A stretch of DNA of 64,000 nucleotides, taken from positions 24,594,299 through 24,658,298 of the forward strand of contig NC_134025.1 of the NCBI RefSeq assembly GCF_964204645.1, given 5' to 3'. Both the position numbers and the translations under genes were made by a program. The notes under the pieces are model-generated. The model saw nothing but the letters and a program-made list of their open reading frames with translations. It ran no database searches and was not told the origin of the DNA. The stretch comes from Tubulanus polymorphus. Its lineage: Eukaryota; Animalia; Nemertea. Of the stretch, positions 12,702-25,907 are shown one piece after another (the stretch's first letter is position 1; the number at the start of each line of letters is the position of its first letter).

Positions 12702-15700
12702 GACTGAGTACATCCACGATCGCGGTAACAGGTAAAAAGAATGAATCATTTTAGTAATAACGTTCGTTTGAAATTCTTGCATGAACTTGTCACATATGTA
12801 TTGCTCATGATACACAAAGATATGCACAAAGTTTGCTTGGTATGCTCTCGTTTTCAGTTAATGCGACAAACAGTAGCATGGCAACTTCTAGTCCAATATC
12901 ACACATCACAACTACCCCTAGCATGTCAACAAATGCAAATACTACCACTGAAAGTAAGAATATTTATGGGCTTATTTTCAATATAACCATAAATTCTTTC
13001 ACTACGAGGAATTAGTACTGATTTTGTGTGGAGATGTACTTATAACAATATCAACTGTAAAAAAATACATTTTTTTACGTCTAATCTTCCTATTTTTGAA
13101 CAGAACTATCACCGAAATTCTGATCTAGTTAATTATTTGGACGTCTGTATGTGCTACCATTGAATATTGAATGAAAGGGTATATTGCGTGTTGTTCTTTA
13201 AATGATCTCCCTATTTCAGTTACGAAAACTTCAACAACTGATATTACAGTTACTGAAGCAGCATCAACTATTTTCACGACCAATACTACTGCGAATGTTA
13301 CTACTAAAGATTTTGCATCTAGTGCCAATACACGTATGATACTACCTAACATGTCCAAGACCAACAATTTCATTAATCATCTACCGCATATATATATCTA
13401 TCTTCATATCAAAGACCTTGCTTGTCCAGTCACTCGTTTCGTGAATGAGCTAAATCAACTTGCTGTTTTGAGTCCCATTCACATTTTGAACTGGTCATGA
13501 AAACCTAATTCATAATGGGCAATTCTTGCTGAAAATAGTGTTTATTAATTCATTTTGACATGATAAAAAAACCAAAGGTTCCGATCACAACTGGTATGTT
13601 GATCGATTCATGTGGAAGCTTTCATTGGTATTAATAGATTCCGCAATGCGTCATATTTACCTATAAATGATATGAAATGTTCGACGTTAACATCTTTAAT
13701 ACGCTAATTAATTTGCTTAACAACATGATCGTGCATTCTCCCCCATTTATTACGGGCATATTTCCGAGATATTTATACACTTGAAAATCCATGATTAATC
13801 ATCATTCTATCGTACCTGCCTGCGTCATATTTCTGTTGCAGATGATGATAATCTTATCCCTCATATGAATCCTATAGTATTGAATGATCGTTTATTGTAT
13901 GATTACTTAAAGTTGCGAGATAGGAACGTTTTTTCGCGATGGAGGAATATTTTCTTTTCATGAGAGATCAGAGGAGCCAATTGGGTAAAGAAAAGAAATA
14001 ATTCTTCTTTAAACCCCTCAAGGATAATCTCATCATCGGTTACGCAGCTGGCCTAGAATTTCTAAATCTAAAAGTCGATGGTCATTATTTCACCATGCGT
14101 TGCACATCTGGGCCAGATTATATCGTAGACTTGATAAAATCCTGTTATGGAGTCCATTTATATCAACAGTAATCATGTGAAGACTAGCTTTTCCACCTAT
14201 GGTTTTCCACCTCAACGAATGACAAGTATTTGTTGATGAATATTGTCATTATTACCACAAACGTTCAACAGCACGCGTTTGATAAAAATATTTCCCGCCA
14301 CACTAATGTACACATCTGTCAAAAACATCCAACGTATTGCGTTGTGTGGCTGTTGCTTCTTAGCTAAAAAGATCCTGCGTAGAAGAAAAGGTTTTCTTTC
14401 GATAAAAGGAAAATAATAGCTAAGCGTTGCTTGCAGTCGTGTTATATACAATTGAAACAAACAGTTTTTACATTTATGATAAATGCTGTGGTCTTTAAAT
14501 GTACATTTTCCATCATATTGCTTTCACATACTCCATTAGTTAAAATCCGTTACTCTAGATGTTACAATAAAATATATTTCAAACTATATACCCAATGTGA
14601 TTTCATAGTGCATATTTTTTTTAAATGGGTGCTTGGGAAACCTAATCATATTGCTTTTGGTTGGAGCCTAAATGTACAAGGTAGCATGATATAAATGCAT
14701 ATCCTTTTTCCTTTAATTTCAGCGGAAAACCAAAAACAAGCTGGACTTACAATTGGTTTAATCATCGGTGTTAGTGTCATTGCTGTATGCATTATATTAT
14801 TGATAGTTGGATACAAGAAACATTATCAAAAGTAAGTTTTCGGTATAAAACACGTATTTCTGGAATTTCTACTATCACCACCGGGCCTGCACCCGGTCGC
14901 ATGTTTAAATCACTTATTTTCAACCCTTAAAGGCCGCGGGAGCTCGTGTACTGCTTCCAGAAAATCCCCAGAATACGATTTAGCAACTCGTCAATTTACT
15001 TCACCTTAAAAATTCGGTGTAGAAATTCTATTATATTCGGCTTAGAAAAACGTATTTCGTCAATTCGTCAATTGTCAATTGAACTTCTATAACCTCTTTA
15101 ATCGGCACGCGATGAATGCTGCTTCTGTGCATTGTTCCTGTATGAAACCCATTGATTTAAAAAGAATTTTCGATGCACAAAATTAATTAAGCTTACGAGC
15201 TGATACATAATGAAACTCCAAGAGAAACTCAACTAGGTTTGAGTGATTTGATAAGTTTGAGGAATGGTGAGCTATTCATATTATACATGTACTTGGATTT
15301 TAAGAAGGCTGTTGATTACTTCCGAAATAGAAACAATCGTAATAATAATTGGTTCTTTTTGCACTCATTTATTCATGCTTCATCTGATATTAAAAAACAT
15401 ATACAGCTCTTTAAATTGTTTCGCACTGCAATTTAAGGTGTTACCCGGAGATTCCTTATGAACGGTTTTCTATGGTTTATAAAAGGTAGTCGTCAGTCGT
15501 AAGTTTATCCGATCAGAAAATGCACCAGTAAACGTTATTCGCACCTCCGATCCTCCAAAATTGCAGTAGTAATAAAATCAGATTAATAAGAAAATTGAAA
15601 TCAATTCAGTACTAAAAAACTTGATCAATTATTGTTTTGATTGAGATTGCATCATGATTATGAAAAATGGGAATCAATTTTAGTTAAAATAACTTGATCA

Positions 15701-16699
15701 CTTAACAAGGGTTCTGTTTGTAATAACGTTTATATTATGTGATATTCGGAAAAATCACTTATCACCCTCAATCATTATCAATCATGGTCATTGATTTCCG
15801 TGTTCCATCAAACGTACATGGTGCATGTTTGTTCAAAACTTCTTATGAAATTGATTTTGGCACCAGAATTGGATTCACGTCATTACAATAATCACCATCA
15901 TCATTTCAACCGTTCTCACCAAGCACCTGATCTATTTCAATCTGGGAAATAGACGAGAAGACTATAACTACCTTACATTTGGAATAATGATTTCAAAACC
16001 AATTCACACAAGGCAGTGTACATAAGGCTATAAACAATTTAAGGAAATTCAAAATCTATTTACAGAAAAAAAGTTGGCCAAGGACCCAAAACGGATGCTG
16101 AAAATAATCCGCCAAAAATAGGTAACGTCGGTAATTTCTGCACAACCCCGGTGAATCGTACATCTTCAATGGAACAACCTCTGTCACCTGGAGATGAGCC
16201 TGCGACCCCATCCCCGAAGGCAAACGGGTCAGCATTTGGCAGTAATTTTGACTGGATACCTCCCGCAGAAGTCGATACTACTGTTGGATACATCAACGAG
16301 GGCTTGGAAACCTCTCCACCAGTTTCGCCACTACATGGACCAAGCACATTTTCAGCATTCCAAGAAAATCAAGCGCCTGACAAAGACAGCCGCGTGGACC
16401 CAGAAAATGGTGAGGTTCGCCAGGATACAAATGCTCAACATTCCAAAAATCTTTCTGGCGAAACAGAATGCCCAGTTCTAACTAAAAATAATCCAGATAC
16501 ACTGGGCGATCATCCGAAAAAGCGGAAGAAAATAAAGAAAAAGAAACTTAAGAAACTGAAAAAAGTATTCAAATCGCTTAATAATAATAGTCATGGTGAT
16601 GAATCTTCGCCTGCTCCGAGTGATCTTGTGAAACAGCTTCCTAATCCGTTGCCTCCTATTTACTCTTCTATCCCGCACAATCGGGATTCAATAGCGTAG
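12702..16699 (+). CDS. Mucin-like single-pass membrane glycoprotein, N-terminus unresolved. Exons 12702-12731, 12858-12953, 13220-13333, 14723-14831, 16066-16699
   Basis: Three symmetric phase-1 Thr/Ser-rich exons with N-glycosylation sequons (NAT, NSS, NTT, NVT). A TM exon (GLTIGLIIGVSVIAVCIILLIVGY-KKH) splices in frame to a ~210-aa low-complexity cytoplasmic exon with a Lys-rich stretch, ending RDSIA*. Confidence 0.75.
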
Positions 16700-17245
16700 G
16701 ATGATAGAGCAACAGAATTTAGAGTAAATGACTCTGTGTTTGAATTTGCAATTAAATCCAAGAAGCCCGTGAACAGATTCGAATAGAATGGTGGCATTTC
16801 GTGTGAACAGTCCCAGGTCTGTGATTTGTAATTACGCACAAAAGCAATTTTAAGAAAAAATTTGTATGTACATATTTGATAATGATTGGCTGTTGTATTC
16901 CATTCAAAGGTATGCATTATGAACATTTTTTTACCTATAACTGTGATGACGATAATGATATGATGATCCACTTATGAGACTATTATCGGAGCACGTGTCT
17001 CATTACTGATACTGATTTCTTTTATCAGCTTTTCAAGGGAAATTAATGAAAATTGTGCCCGAAAAAAATAACACTCTTTGTATCTCGTTTATTGCAAAAT
17101 TGGGGCCCGAGAACTTACATCGAAAATGGTTTTAAACTGTGTTTAAATAGTACATGTTAAAATCTAAACGGTTGCGGGTTTTTTAACGGTTTAGAACCGA
17201 TCTTTAAAAAGGAAAGCAATTTTCAAAACCCTGGGAGTATTGCCT

Positions 17246-17423
17246 CATTGTACCATAAGGTGCTGCCGCTATGCTAGTCGTTAGTGGATTTTTCAAACAC
17301 TAACATGAACCAGCTCTGGCATCTGATTATTACCATTACCCATTGATTGCCAGAGTCGGTTTCTGTTAGTGTCTGGAAATTCCGCTATCCATGACAACAG
17401 CGGCAGCACCTAATGGTATAGTG
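17246..17423. mobile_element. ~180-bp foldback/hairpin MITE, with a partial second right arm at ~17455-17525
   Basis: CATTGTACCATAAGGTGCTGCCGCT...CTCTGGCA-loop-TGCCAGAG...AGCGGCAGCACCTAATGGTATAGTG; the arms pair along most of their length. Confidence 0.7.
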
Positions 17424-18447
17424 AATGTAAAATAAATAAAAAATTAGATAACCGTGATTGCCAGAGTAGTGTACAAAAGATCCGCTAATGATGAGCTAGC
17501 AGCAGCAGCAGCACCTTATTGCATAAATCAGTCGGCTCGAAACCCGCCTTTTAATTCTTGGAGCATTTAATATTTTTTTCTACTCGTTATTTATGATTAA
17601 AAAATGCTTTGTATGATAAGACTATAATAAATTCCTTTCTATAGTCTATGGTATTGAATAAGATGTATGCACCTTGTCTTTCTTAATAAATTGTTATACG
17701 TGTATTTCCTCGCGTGTAATTCATTTTGAAAACAGGGCCTTCATTGCTGATCATAATGAAAAGGGAAATTTTTATAATGAGAAGGGAAAGATTTTGATGC
17801 TGCTGTTCTCATAAATTCATGCCGCGAGTCTCCTTGGTGGAACCTAATTGTTCCTGGTTTCACTGAAAATACCACTCAAAAATGCACTGGAAAAATTGTT
17901 TTCTTGAGAAAAAATATCTTTATTCCTTCCTTCGATGATGGAAAACATTTAATACATATCCAATAAATCACAGATACGTCGTAAACTTAAAACAAATTTA
18001 CTCTGAATTAAATAGGTAAACCAATAGTCACTTCATCAATATTCATTAATTTACATTGCCAATCCTGTTTGAATTACTGGCAGTTATTAAATACATTTTT
18101 TAGTAACTTCTGTTTATTAACTAAATATCATCACCCACCTCTTGAATGTCTATAGTGAAATGAAAACTGAGAAAATTCATCGTGCAAAATTTGCACAAAA
18201 AATTTGACCGAATAATGTACATCATTATTACCGACTTGGAAAAACTACACAAGCATTTCTAGACATTGTAACATAACAATACTTGTATTGAGTTTAATTT
18301 CGTCTAATAAACTAAAATGTGTATTAGATTACAAACTACATGAAGTTCCTAACAACATAACTTACAGTACATAGATAATACAGGTACCAAACAAACAAAA
18401 TGCAATAGCTCTTGATGATACGATAAACTGTGCGTACATATCAATAG

Positions 18448-21400
18448 TTACGACTGATGCATGTGCTCATCTCGGTAAGTGCGTCTTAAAATCAACCAAT
18501 CTCGCATCAACCGAAATAACATGTAAAAGTCACAAAACAGCAAAAACGATATACACAAAATGTGATTCCATTCGGTCGACTGAATCAATGTAACCATCTG
18601 ATAGACGACCAGAGTCCAGATTAATGTCAACATACAAGTCGTCATAAACAGTGGTTTGTGGAACATGCCCTGAAACAAAACACAGACGCAAAATAGAACT
18701 ATGATGAACGCCACGTAGATTCTTCAATATTCATTAAATAAGGGGCGAATAGTTCGACATGTTCAGGTGATGTGATACCTCTTTCAATAAACTAATTTTG
18801 ATTTGATAGATATTGAATTATATGAAGAACTTTTTGATTCAAAGTATCAAACATGACTGACCGAGGAAAAAAGTTTGTACCAATATCTTATTTTCAAACT
18901 TCCATACTCTTTATCATGACAGATGAATAAACCAAATGCAAGTACTTACATAGAATCGGGAGTGCATGCCATTCCCTGGTTCAGCCGTATTATTGATACC
19001 TTCAGCTTTAAATAGTCCACGTACGTGTTTTACTGTAGCTCCGTGCTGCCACACTTGAAGCTCAGACCACCTATGATCAACACGAAAAATAAAAAATCTA
19101 AAATATTTTCCATTTACAGATGACTGGTTGAATGATTGAAAGGATTTTGCTTGAAGCTCAGAACTGAAACTTCGAGTGGTATACTCACGCATTATATGGT
19201 ACATGTGCATGACGACCTTCTACTTTTTGCCATCGACCCAAATGAAGCGCACATTGGTGCAGTGTGTCGACATATTTCGGTGGTAAATATTGCAAGAATG
19301 TGAGAAGAAATGCGCTGACCCAAACAATGCAAATATGTTGGAATATCCACCATGGATCATAATATAATGTATTCTGCAAAAAATGACAAAAATATTAGTG
19401 GAAACAAACATTGCATAAATTCAAGATAACAAGTTGCCAGTATCATGCTGAAAAAGAGAAATTGTTCAATCACTATCTGAAATGATGATCTAATATATTC
19501 AGAGGTAGTTACACCTCAGAAAGAAAATGCATACATTGCGAAACATAAAATGGGTACAAAGGCTAAGACAAAACTATATCAAAAAATTCTAAAATTTTGT
19601 GAATGTCTACAGTTGGCTATTTTGACCTGACTGATTACTGTGAGATCAAGCAACATATACGAAACTTAGGGTGGAATAAATGGAAACACTTTCAGTCGGA
19701 TATATACAGAAATCTAAGTGTTAATGGGGATGAATAATGAGCAATTCCGTACAATAATGCAACCGAGTTCTATTATAAAACAATGTGAAGTCTACTGGTA
19801 AATGTGCCATAGTACTGGTATTACAAAATAGGATTACTTCACACAACACGGTCTTAACAAGAAATGTTTCTTCTTGTATAAAAGGGCAGTAGAAGTTGCC
19901 ATATTTCCCACAACTTAAATAATTGTTCTTAAGATGATTTGAAAAAATCCAATCAAACGAAAGGAGGGCGAAATTCAGTAGTGTAGAAACCGAGAAAGTG
20001 ATACTGGAAGCACCAGATACTTGAACACTTGTTCGAAAACATAATGTAGAGGCTCATCATCATCAGTTAGTTGATGTGAAATTGATAGTTGACCAATAAA
20101 AAAAACAAATGTCAAAATGTGTCACCACAGAAATGAAGACAATTTAGATATTACAGAGACTTTTTGAGATGTCTATATTTACGAAGTAAACAACGCAACA
20201 TGAATAAATTCACAGATAACCAATAAGGTGATAATTGAAAGGCAACATGTCGTGTGACAAAGAAAAGACTTACCCAACAGGTATCACAATTGTTTTGTAC
20301 ATGCTATGTATGGAAGAACAAAAATCATTGACTCGGAATACATAACAAAAATGCAAAACCAAGGATCAGATTTTCACAATACCGAAAATATCATGCAGCA
20401 ATTTGGTTAAACATAGGGGTTAATGATAGTGGCTGCATGCAATCAAAATGAATATAAGGTTATCTACGAGATTTAGCAGTTAACCTAATAGAAAAAGCTT
20501 GCGCAAAATTAAGCCACAAAGTGCTTTCGGTTATAAGCTTTGTTAGAAATTTATTCATTATACAGTTTTAATTATTACGAAGTACATGGGGGGTTTCAGA
20601 CAATCTAAAAATTCATCACTCAAATTCATCACTCAAAAACTAAACAACATCAATTATGTCCAACTCTGCTCGAGCAGCCCCAATTGAAGATAAACCATCA
20701 CCGATTCAAAAAATAATATACTTGCAATAGCAAATTCTATGCAAAATCTTCAAATTACCGTAAATCAAATGTGCAACAAACTGGAATCTTATAAAACTAT
20801 ATGCTCTCTTACCTGTGCGAAACAGACCGGCATAAAAGCCATGTAATATGTGCAGGAGATTGACTTGAATAGAATATGTTTGACTCGATCGTTGAAATCC
20901 GTTTTTAAGTATTCAACTTCATCGCGCACCATCTCTGGCGACATCGAACAATTGTGTACGGGAATCCTACTCGTCAGTGTATGTTTCATTTTGTTCGAAG
21001 ACGACCTCTCCGAACTGGTGGTTGGCTTTTGTTTGGTGTATTTTTCGAGGAGGTTTTTCAGATTTTGCCAAAATAAAATGATGTGTATGATGATACTAAA
21101 AAGAACGTGAAGAAAACTATTCAGAGAAGAATGTTACGATAGAGCATCAACAAAACAAAGGCTAACTAACTATCTATTACCAGGTATACGTGATTATTTA
21201 ACCTAGCTGAAAAAACTTCCTAATCAAGGATACTTACGGATATATGAGATACAACAAATTCATAAATGCATGTTCCATCATGACGCGATAACCACTATAC
21301 AGGAACAGCCCAATACAACCGATTGTCATTCCAATCTTGATTACTTGTACGGTATAGTACAAGCATGTTTTGGGCATTTTAACCGCGTAAATCTGAATCG

Positions 21401-22322
21401 AATAGAAGTTATAATTCAAAGAAGATACCGACAACATTTACATCATATACTGGGAGAACATAATACGTTTACCTCAGTCAGAAAACAGACTAGGAATCCA
21501 TGTGACATTATAACAGCGAGTAACACAGCCAAATATGGATCAATCAGATAGAAATTCTACAAATAAGCATTGATGGTAAAGGTGAGCTAATATTCAAACA
21601 TCAGAATTTAATTAAGTGACCTGATATTCAATACTAATTTATAAATATAAATTCCAGTGGTTCTACTTACTAGACCAAAAGATGCATGTGATAATGGTAA
21701 CCACCAGACAGTTCTGTACAGATTGACGTATTGGAGAGCCATGGCGATAAGGCCGTATAAAAACAGTAGCGATTCGAAGTACAGATTACATTCGATGGGT
21801 ATATCCGGAAAGTGGGCATGCTTAGGTTGGATGACGACTGATGCGAATGGAAAACCCATTCCCTTATCATCTACACCTTGACTGGAATAATACATATGAA
21901 GACAACTTATATATTATTGATCTTAAGCAAAGAATGAATCCATTAATACACTGAAACTTGCTAAAAAATGACCACATCACCTATTCACCGTCCATGGACA
22001 GTAATGCGGCCAGTGTATCGTATGACTCCTAATTTTGTATTTCTAATTCAATTTACTAGGCCTAAAGTGTAAGTCATCATCAGGTAAGTCATCCAACAGT
22101 GGTTAGTCCCAGCTACGAGGACGTTGAGCTAGTTTGACAGTAGATGATGTCTACATACTGTATATCTATGAATAAAATTTAATTTCGTTGAAATTGATTT
22201 GAATACGATCGAAGAAAAGTAACCTACCCGGGACTGAGACAGGCTGGCTCAATTTTAGTCGGTTTCGTGCTAGTTCCAGACGCGGCTTGTAGGCGTGCTG
22301 TAATTCTTCGGGTACAAGGCAT
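18448..22322 (-). CDS. TMEM39A: Transmembrane protein 39 (TMEM39A/B co-ortholog). Exons 22322-22228, 21881-21671, 21556-21473, 21392-21238, 21116-20813, 19373-19189, 19070-18949, 18669-18448
   Basis: Spliced translation has TMEM39 hallmarks: LQYVNLYRTVWW, NFYLID, HNCSMSPEMVRDEVEYLKTDFNDRVK, LPPKYVDTLHQCALHLGRW, WSELQVWQHGATVKHVRGLFKAEG, AEPGNGMHSRFY. Confidence 0.93.
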
Positions 22323-22379
22323 GCTTGTAGCTGTGTAAATGGGTACATTAATTTGTTTTGAAGGATTAATCGCGATTAA

Positions 22380-22565
22380 TCGATTAATCCCCGAACCAGG
22401 AAGTAAAATCAATGATACAGCTAAAACACGGAATCGGACTCAACACTAAAATGCGGAAGTATTTCATTTCCGACGATTATTCAAAACCAGGAAGTAAATC
22501 TACCTAGTGATGTGTAAACAATCGTCAATTAATCATATTTATTTATTTAAGTGATACGAGCTCAG
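22380..22565. promoter_or_regulatory. Putative bidirectional promoter between TMEM39 and the D/D-domain gene
   Basis: Divergent genes with start codons under 500 bp apart. Three ETS-like GGAAGT motifs (~22399, 22454, 22490), a forkhead-like GTAAACA at 22514, and a 5'UTR donor CAG|gtaaga at 22566. Confidence 0.55.
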
Positions 22566-22798
22566 GTAAGAAATTTAAAAGAATGTAAAACAATAGATTT
22601 TGTTCGAGACATATCGCTTTTCCAAAAAATGTCATCGATCTCGCTTGACATTTTTTCATTCGGCTTATTCTTGTAATTTGTTGTGACTTCTGTAACCAAC
22701 TTTTATTCCTCTCTCTAGTCTCTATAGTAGGTAGGCTCCACTCAACTGTCAAAGTCAAAGTTTGAATTATTCATCATTCATTGCAGAGTTTGAATCTA

Positions 22799-23206
22799 AT
22801 GGAATCAGAACTAGTCACTGCTGAGATGATCGCCGGCGATGCGAAATCATACCTCAATAAACACCGTCTTCCAGATGTTATCGGAAGTATCATCAGCGGG
22901 CTGATGGTCGAGAGACCCGACGATCATTTCGCATATATTCAAAATAAACTGAACGCCATCCAAGGCCAAGGAGCCGATAAAGTGGACTGGGAAACGTTCG
23001 TTTACGATCTGCATCCGTACAGAGATCCGGTGCGGTTACATCTAATTCGTGACTATTCTAGATTCTATATCGAATTCCTTCGCAAGATGAACGTCGATGA
23101 AGATGTTATCAAACGCGAGAGCCAATCAAGATCGGGCTTCGAGTACGAATCTTATAAACCAGAAGTATTCCGACTTACTGAACCAATCGGTGACGAGTTA
23201 GATTAG
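22799..23206 (+). CDS. Small (135 aa) RIIa/DPY30-like dimerization-docking domain protein resembling the AK5 N-terminus, with no kinase domain
   Basis: Single coding exon after acceptor ttgcag (22786). DAKSYLNKHRLPDVIGSIISGLMVERPDDHFAYIQNKL...DKVDWETFV follows the D/D pattern (YL..H.L..L...L....P.D...Y...L). Confidence 0.8.
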   Translation: MESELVTAEMIAGDAKSYLNKHRLPDVIGSIISGLMVERPDDHFAYIQNKLNAIQGQGADKVDWETFVYDLHPYRDPVRLHLIRDYSRFYIEFLRKMNVDEDVIKRESQSRSGFEYESYKPEVFRLTEPIGDELD

Positions 23207-23920
23207 ATTTTTCAAGCACTTGTTTCTCGGAAGCTGCTCACGTCGACTATGCATTTTATGTGTATTTTCTGATGACTCATTTTGTTCAATATACTGCAAG
23301 TGTATGTCACGTATTTTCTTCTAAGCAGTGAAAAAATGGCTCTCGAGTTTCCAGACTCATTTTAGGAGTAGTTTTGGTACCACCATGCACAGAACCTTTT
23401 GCCGAGATTAGATTACATGTATGCAAGTTTTAAGTCTCAATTATTAAGGCCTGTGTGATTAAGGCATTGCATTAATAGTTGTACTCAAACTGGAACAAAA
23501 GAAAAAGGTAAAAAGTGCACCTCATTGCCTTATCTCTGTACATGGAACAAAAATGAAAAAGTTACATATGTCAAAAGATGATTTAATTTTGCTGTGGTGT
23601 GATCTTATCAGTATGAATGTTTGATGAAAAAAGCGCACATAAAGGTAAAAAATGTATGAAATATAGTTGAAGATGCACAGTTTATATTCGTTGAACTAAT
23701 AAATGTATTTTAGTACATTCATCACTATTATCTAATTTCCTTCACTAAGTCATTGAACTGACTGAAAGACTGGACATCAGACTCCAAAATTGATTCCAAC
23801 AGCACCAGATTTAACCTTGCGCCCAAGACAGATTTCAAACAGCTCCTAAACTTAAAGATATAAGTTTTCATTTATTATCTTGAAATTTAATTTACAAATT
23901 TTTAGTTCATAGCAGTTGTT

Positions 23921-25907
23921 TCACGCTGGTTGCATATTTGCTTCTAAAGTTTTGAGATTTTGTTTGAGGATAGTAATGTATTGGTCGTACAATTGAAGGA
24001 TCATCTTTTCATTATCGGTAAGTGACTCCCGTGACAACTGCGAATGTATGTCCTGGAAAATAGAAAAGATTATCCCTATTAATAGATGCACTTTGAACAA
24101 AACCGATAAACTAAACAATAGCCTGTGATATCATTCAGTTACTTTTTCATAATAATAAAACTTACAAAGCTAATTTCAAAGTTTCAAGTTGTAAGAGTTT
24201 CAAATTGAAGAGCTTTTCACAAAGCTATGTTTTTGGCAAAAAAGTTCATTGTAACTTACCAGAAATGATGTTAACCTATTTTCCATTAAAAATTGCAAAA
24301 TCTGATCAGCTTTGTGTTTGAAACTAATCATCTCTACATGTGGTTTCCAGATGAGGCTATATGAATATGAGAAAAAATAGAACATCAGATCATTAAAGAC
24401 ATATGCTGACGTTGTATGAAATCTTGATATGGATGTCTACTTACAGATTATCATAATCCAATGAAAGGATTTCACATGCTTTTAATAGATCCCAACTACA
24501 TCCTTCTAAACTGCAGTGAAAATCCCTACAATGCAATGTATTAGAAATTCTATCAGATTTTGTGTTTCATATTCGACTGTGCTGTACATTTATAAAATCC
24601 AGTTCTTACTTTAGCCCCTTTTCATGCAATATTCGGAGTTTCTTATCCATTACTTCTATCTTAAATTTCTGTTTGACACTGGTGATATCATCTGAAAATG
24701 CATCACAACAAAAATCCAGTATCATCAACCCAATATTTCAGAGTATTTGATATACCAGATTTATAAATCTACTCACCAAATTGGAAAATTACAGCATTGT
24801 GAGGATTGAGTGGTAATATGAAGCCATATTCCAGTAGAAGTTTTCCATTGTCATGAGGACCATAGCAGATAAACACTTGTGAATATCGTGGAAAATTCAC
24901 CAGACTTCTTATTTCATAGCACCTTGTTACAACATTAAAATTCGCTTCAACCTGCACAATTTAAAAATCTAAAGAATCATTTATCACAGAATTTTTCAAA
25001 TGTTAGTTTACCAGCATATATTCTAAAACAAACCTTCACAGCAGCTGAATGATTCAGTAAATCCAGAAATGGAGCCAATGCGTAGTGATCAACATCATTT
25101 GTTAAATACGGGGACTTTTCCTGCAGCATATATACACAACGAGTATTCACAACATGCCATGCCCATAAATAATCATCATATGTAAAAGTAAAGGTTTTGT
25201 ACAGTTGATCAAGCTTGGCAATTTCCAATATCACAGATGCCAATGAATTAAAAGAGCTTAAAATAGAGAATTTCAATTCCTCGGATTTCCATCGTATGTC
25301 CATTGGGAGGAAAGCGATTTCAGAGTCCGTGAAATAGGCTGGAGTTGAATACTGTAACAGTAACATGTCGATGTACGGAAACCAACGAGATCGTTCCTCG
25401 AGTTGTTTTTCTCTGATTAGAAATATACACAGAACTTGCACTGGGGTTAGGGGACCACATCTAAAAAATATTGATTTCAAAACTTGCAATAGGATGGCAT
25501 TCATATTTTTGTGTTTACTGAGATCTTAATGAATTCCTACCTTTCAATGAGACCCTTGATAAATGGTGATTGCAAAGCAGTTTTTGTCGTTATAAGCAAG
25601 GCTTCTGGAATGGCCACCACCAAATCACCTTCCTGAATAACTCCAAGAGTCATTAGACCACGTCCAGTGTCTAAAAAAAACAAAATGAAAATCTATAATA
25701 CATCGATAAAATGATAGGAATTAATGAGAAATGAAAGCGGTATTTACCTCTAAACTCTGCTGGTCTAAGATGACTAGTCCTTTGGAAGCCAAAATGTTTT
25801 GTGAATTTAAGAAGTTGAACATAGCAAGGTTCATGGCTTTTAGATATTGCATATCCTCTTGTTAGCTTTCGTTTACGGATTCTTTTTGTTCTTCCACAGC
25901 TACTCAT
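23921..25907 (-). CDS. SETD4: SET domain-containing protein 4 (lysine methyltransferase), ~427 aa. Exons 25907-25748, 25670-25541, 25460-25034, 24951-24777, 24691-24610, 24525-24445, 24356-24260, 24052-23921
   Basis: N-terminal GRTKRIRKRK, then DTGRGLM, WAWHVVNTRCVY, LAPFLDLLNHS, QVFICYGPHDNGKLLLEYGF. Exon lengths sum to 1284 nt, in frame. Confidence 0.93.

Noticed and set aside
14699-14712. ATATCCTTTT U12-like donor on the plus strand
   Set aside because: It is part of the polypyrimidine tract of the TM-exon acceptor, and no exon ends there.
17146-17233. AAACCG-rich fragment ending AAACCCTG (possible hAT MITE end)
   Set aside because: No matching left terminus or TSD is identifiable.
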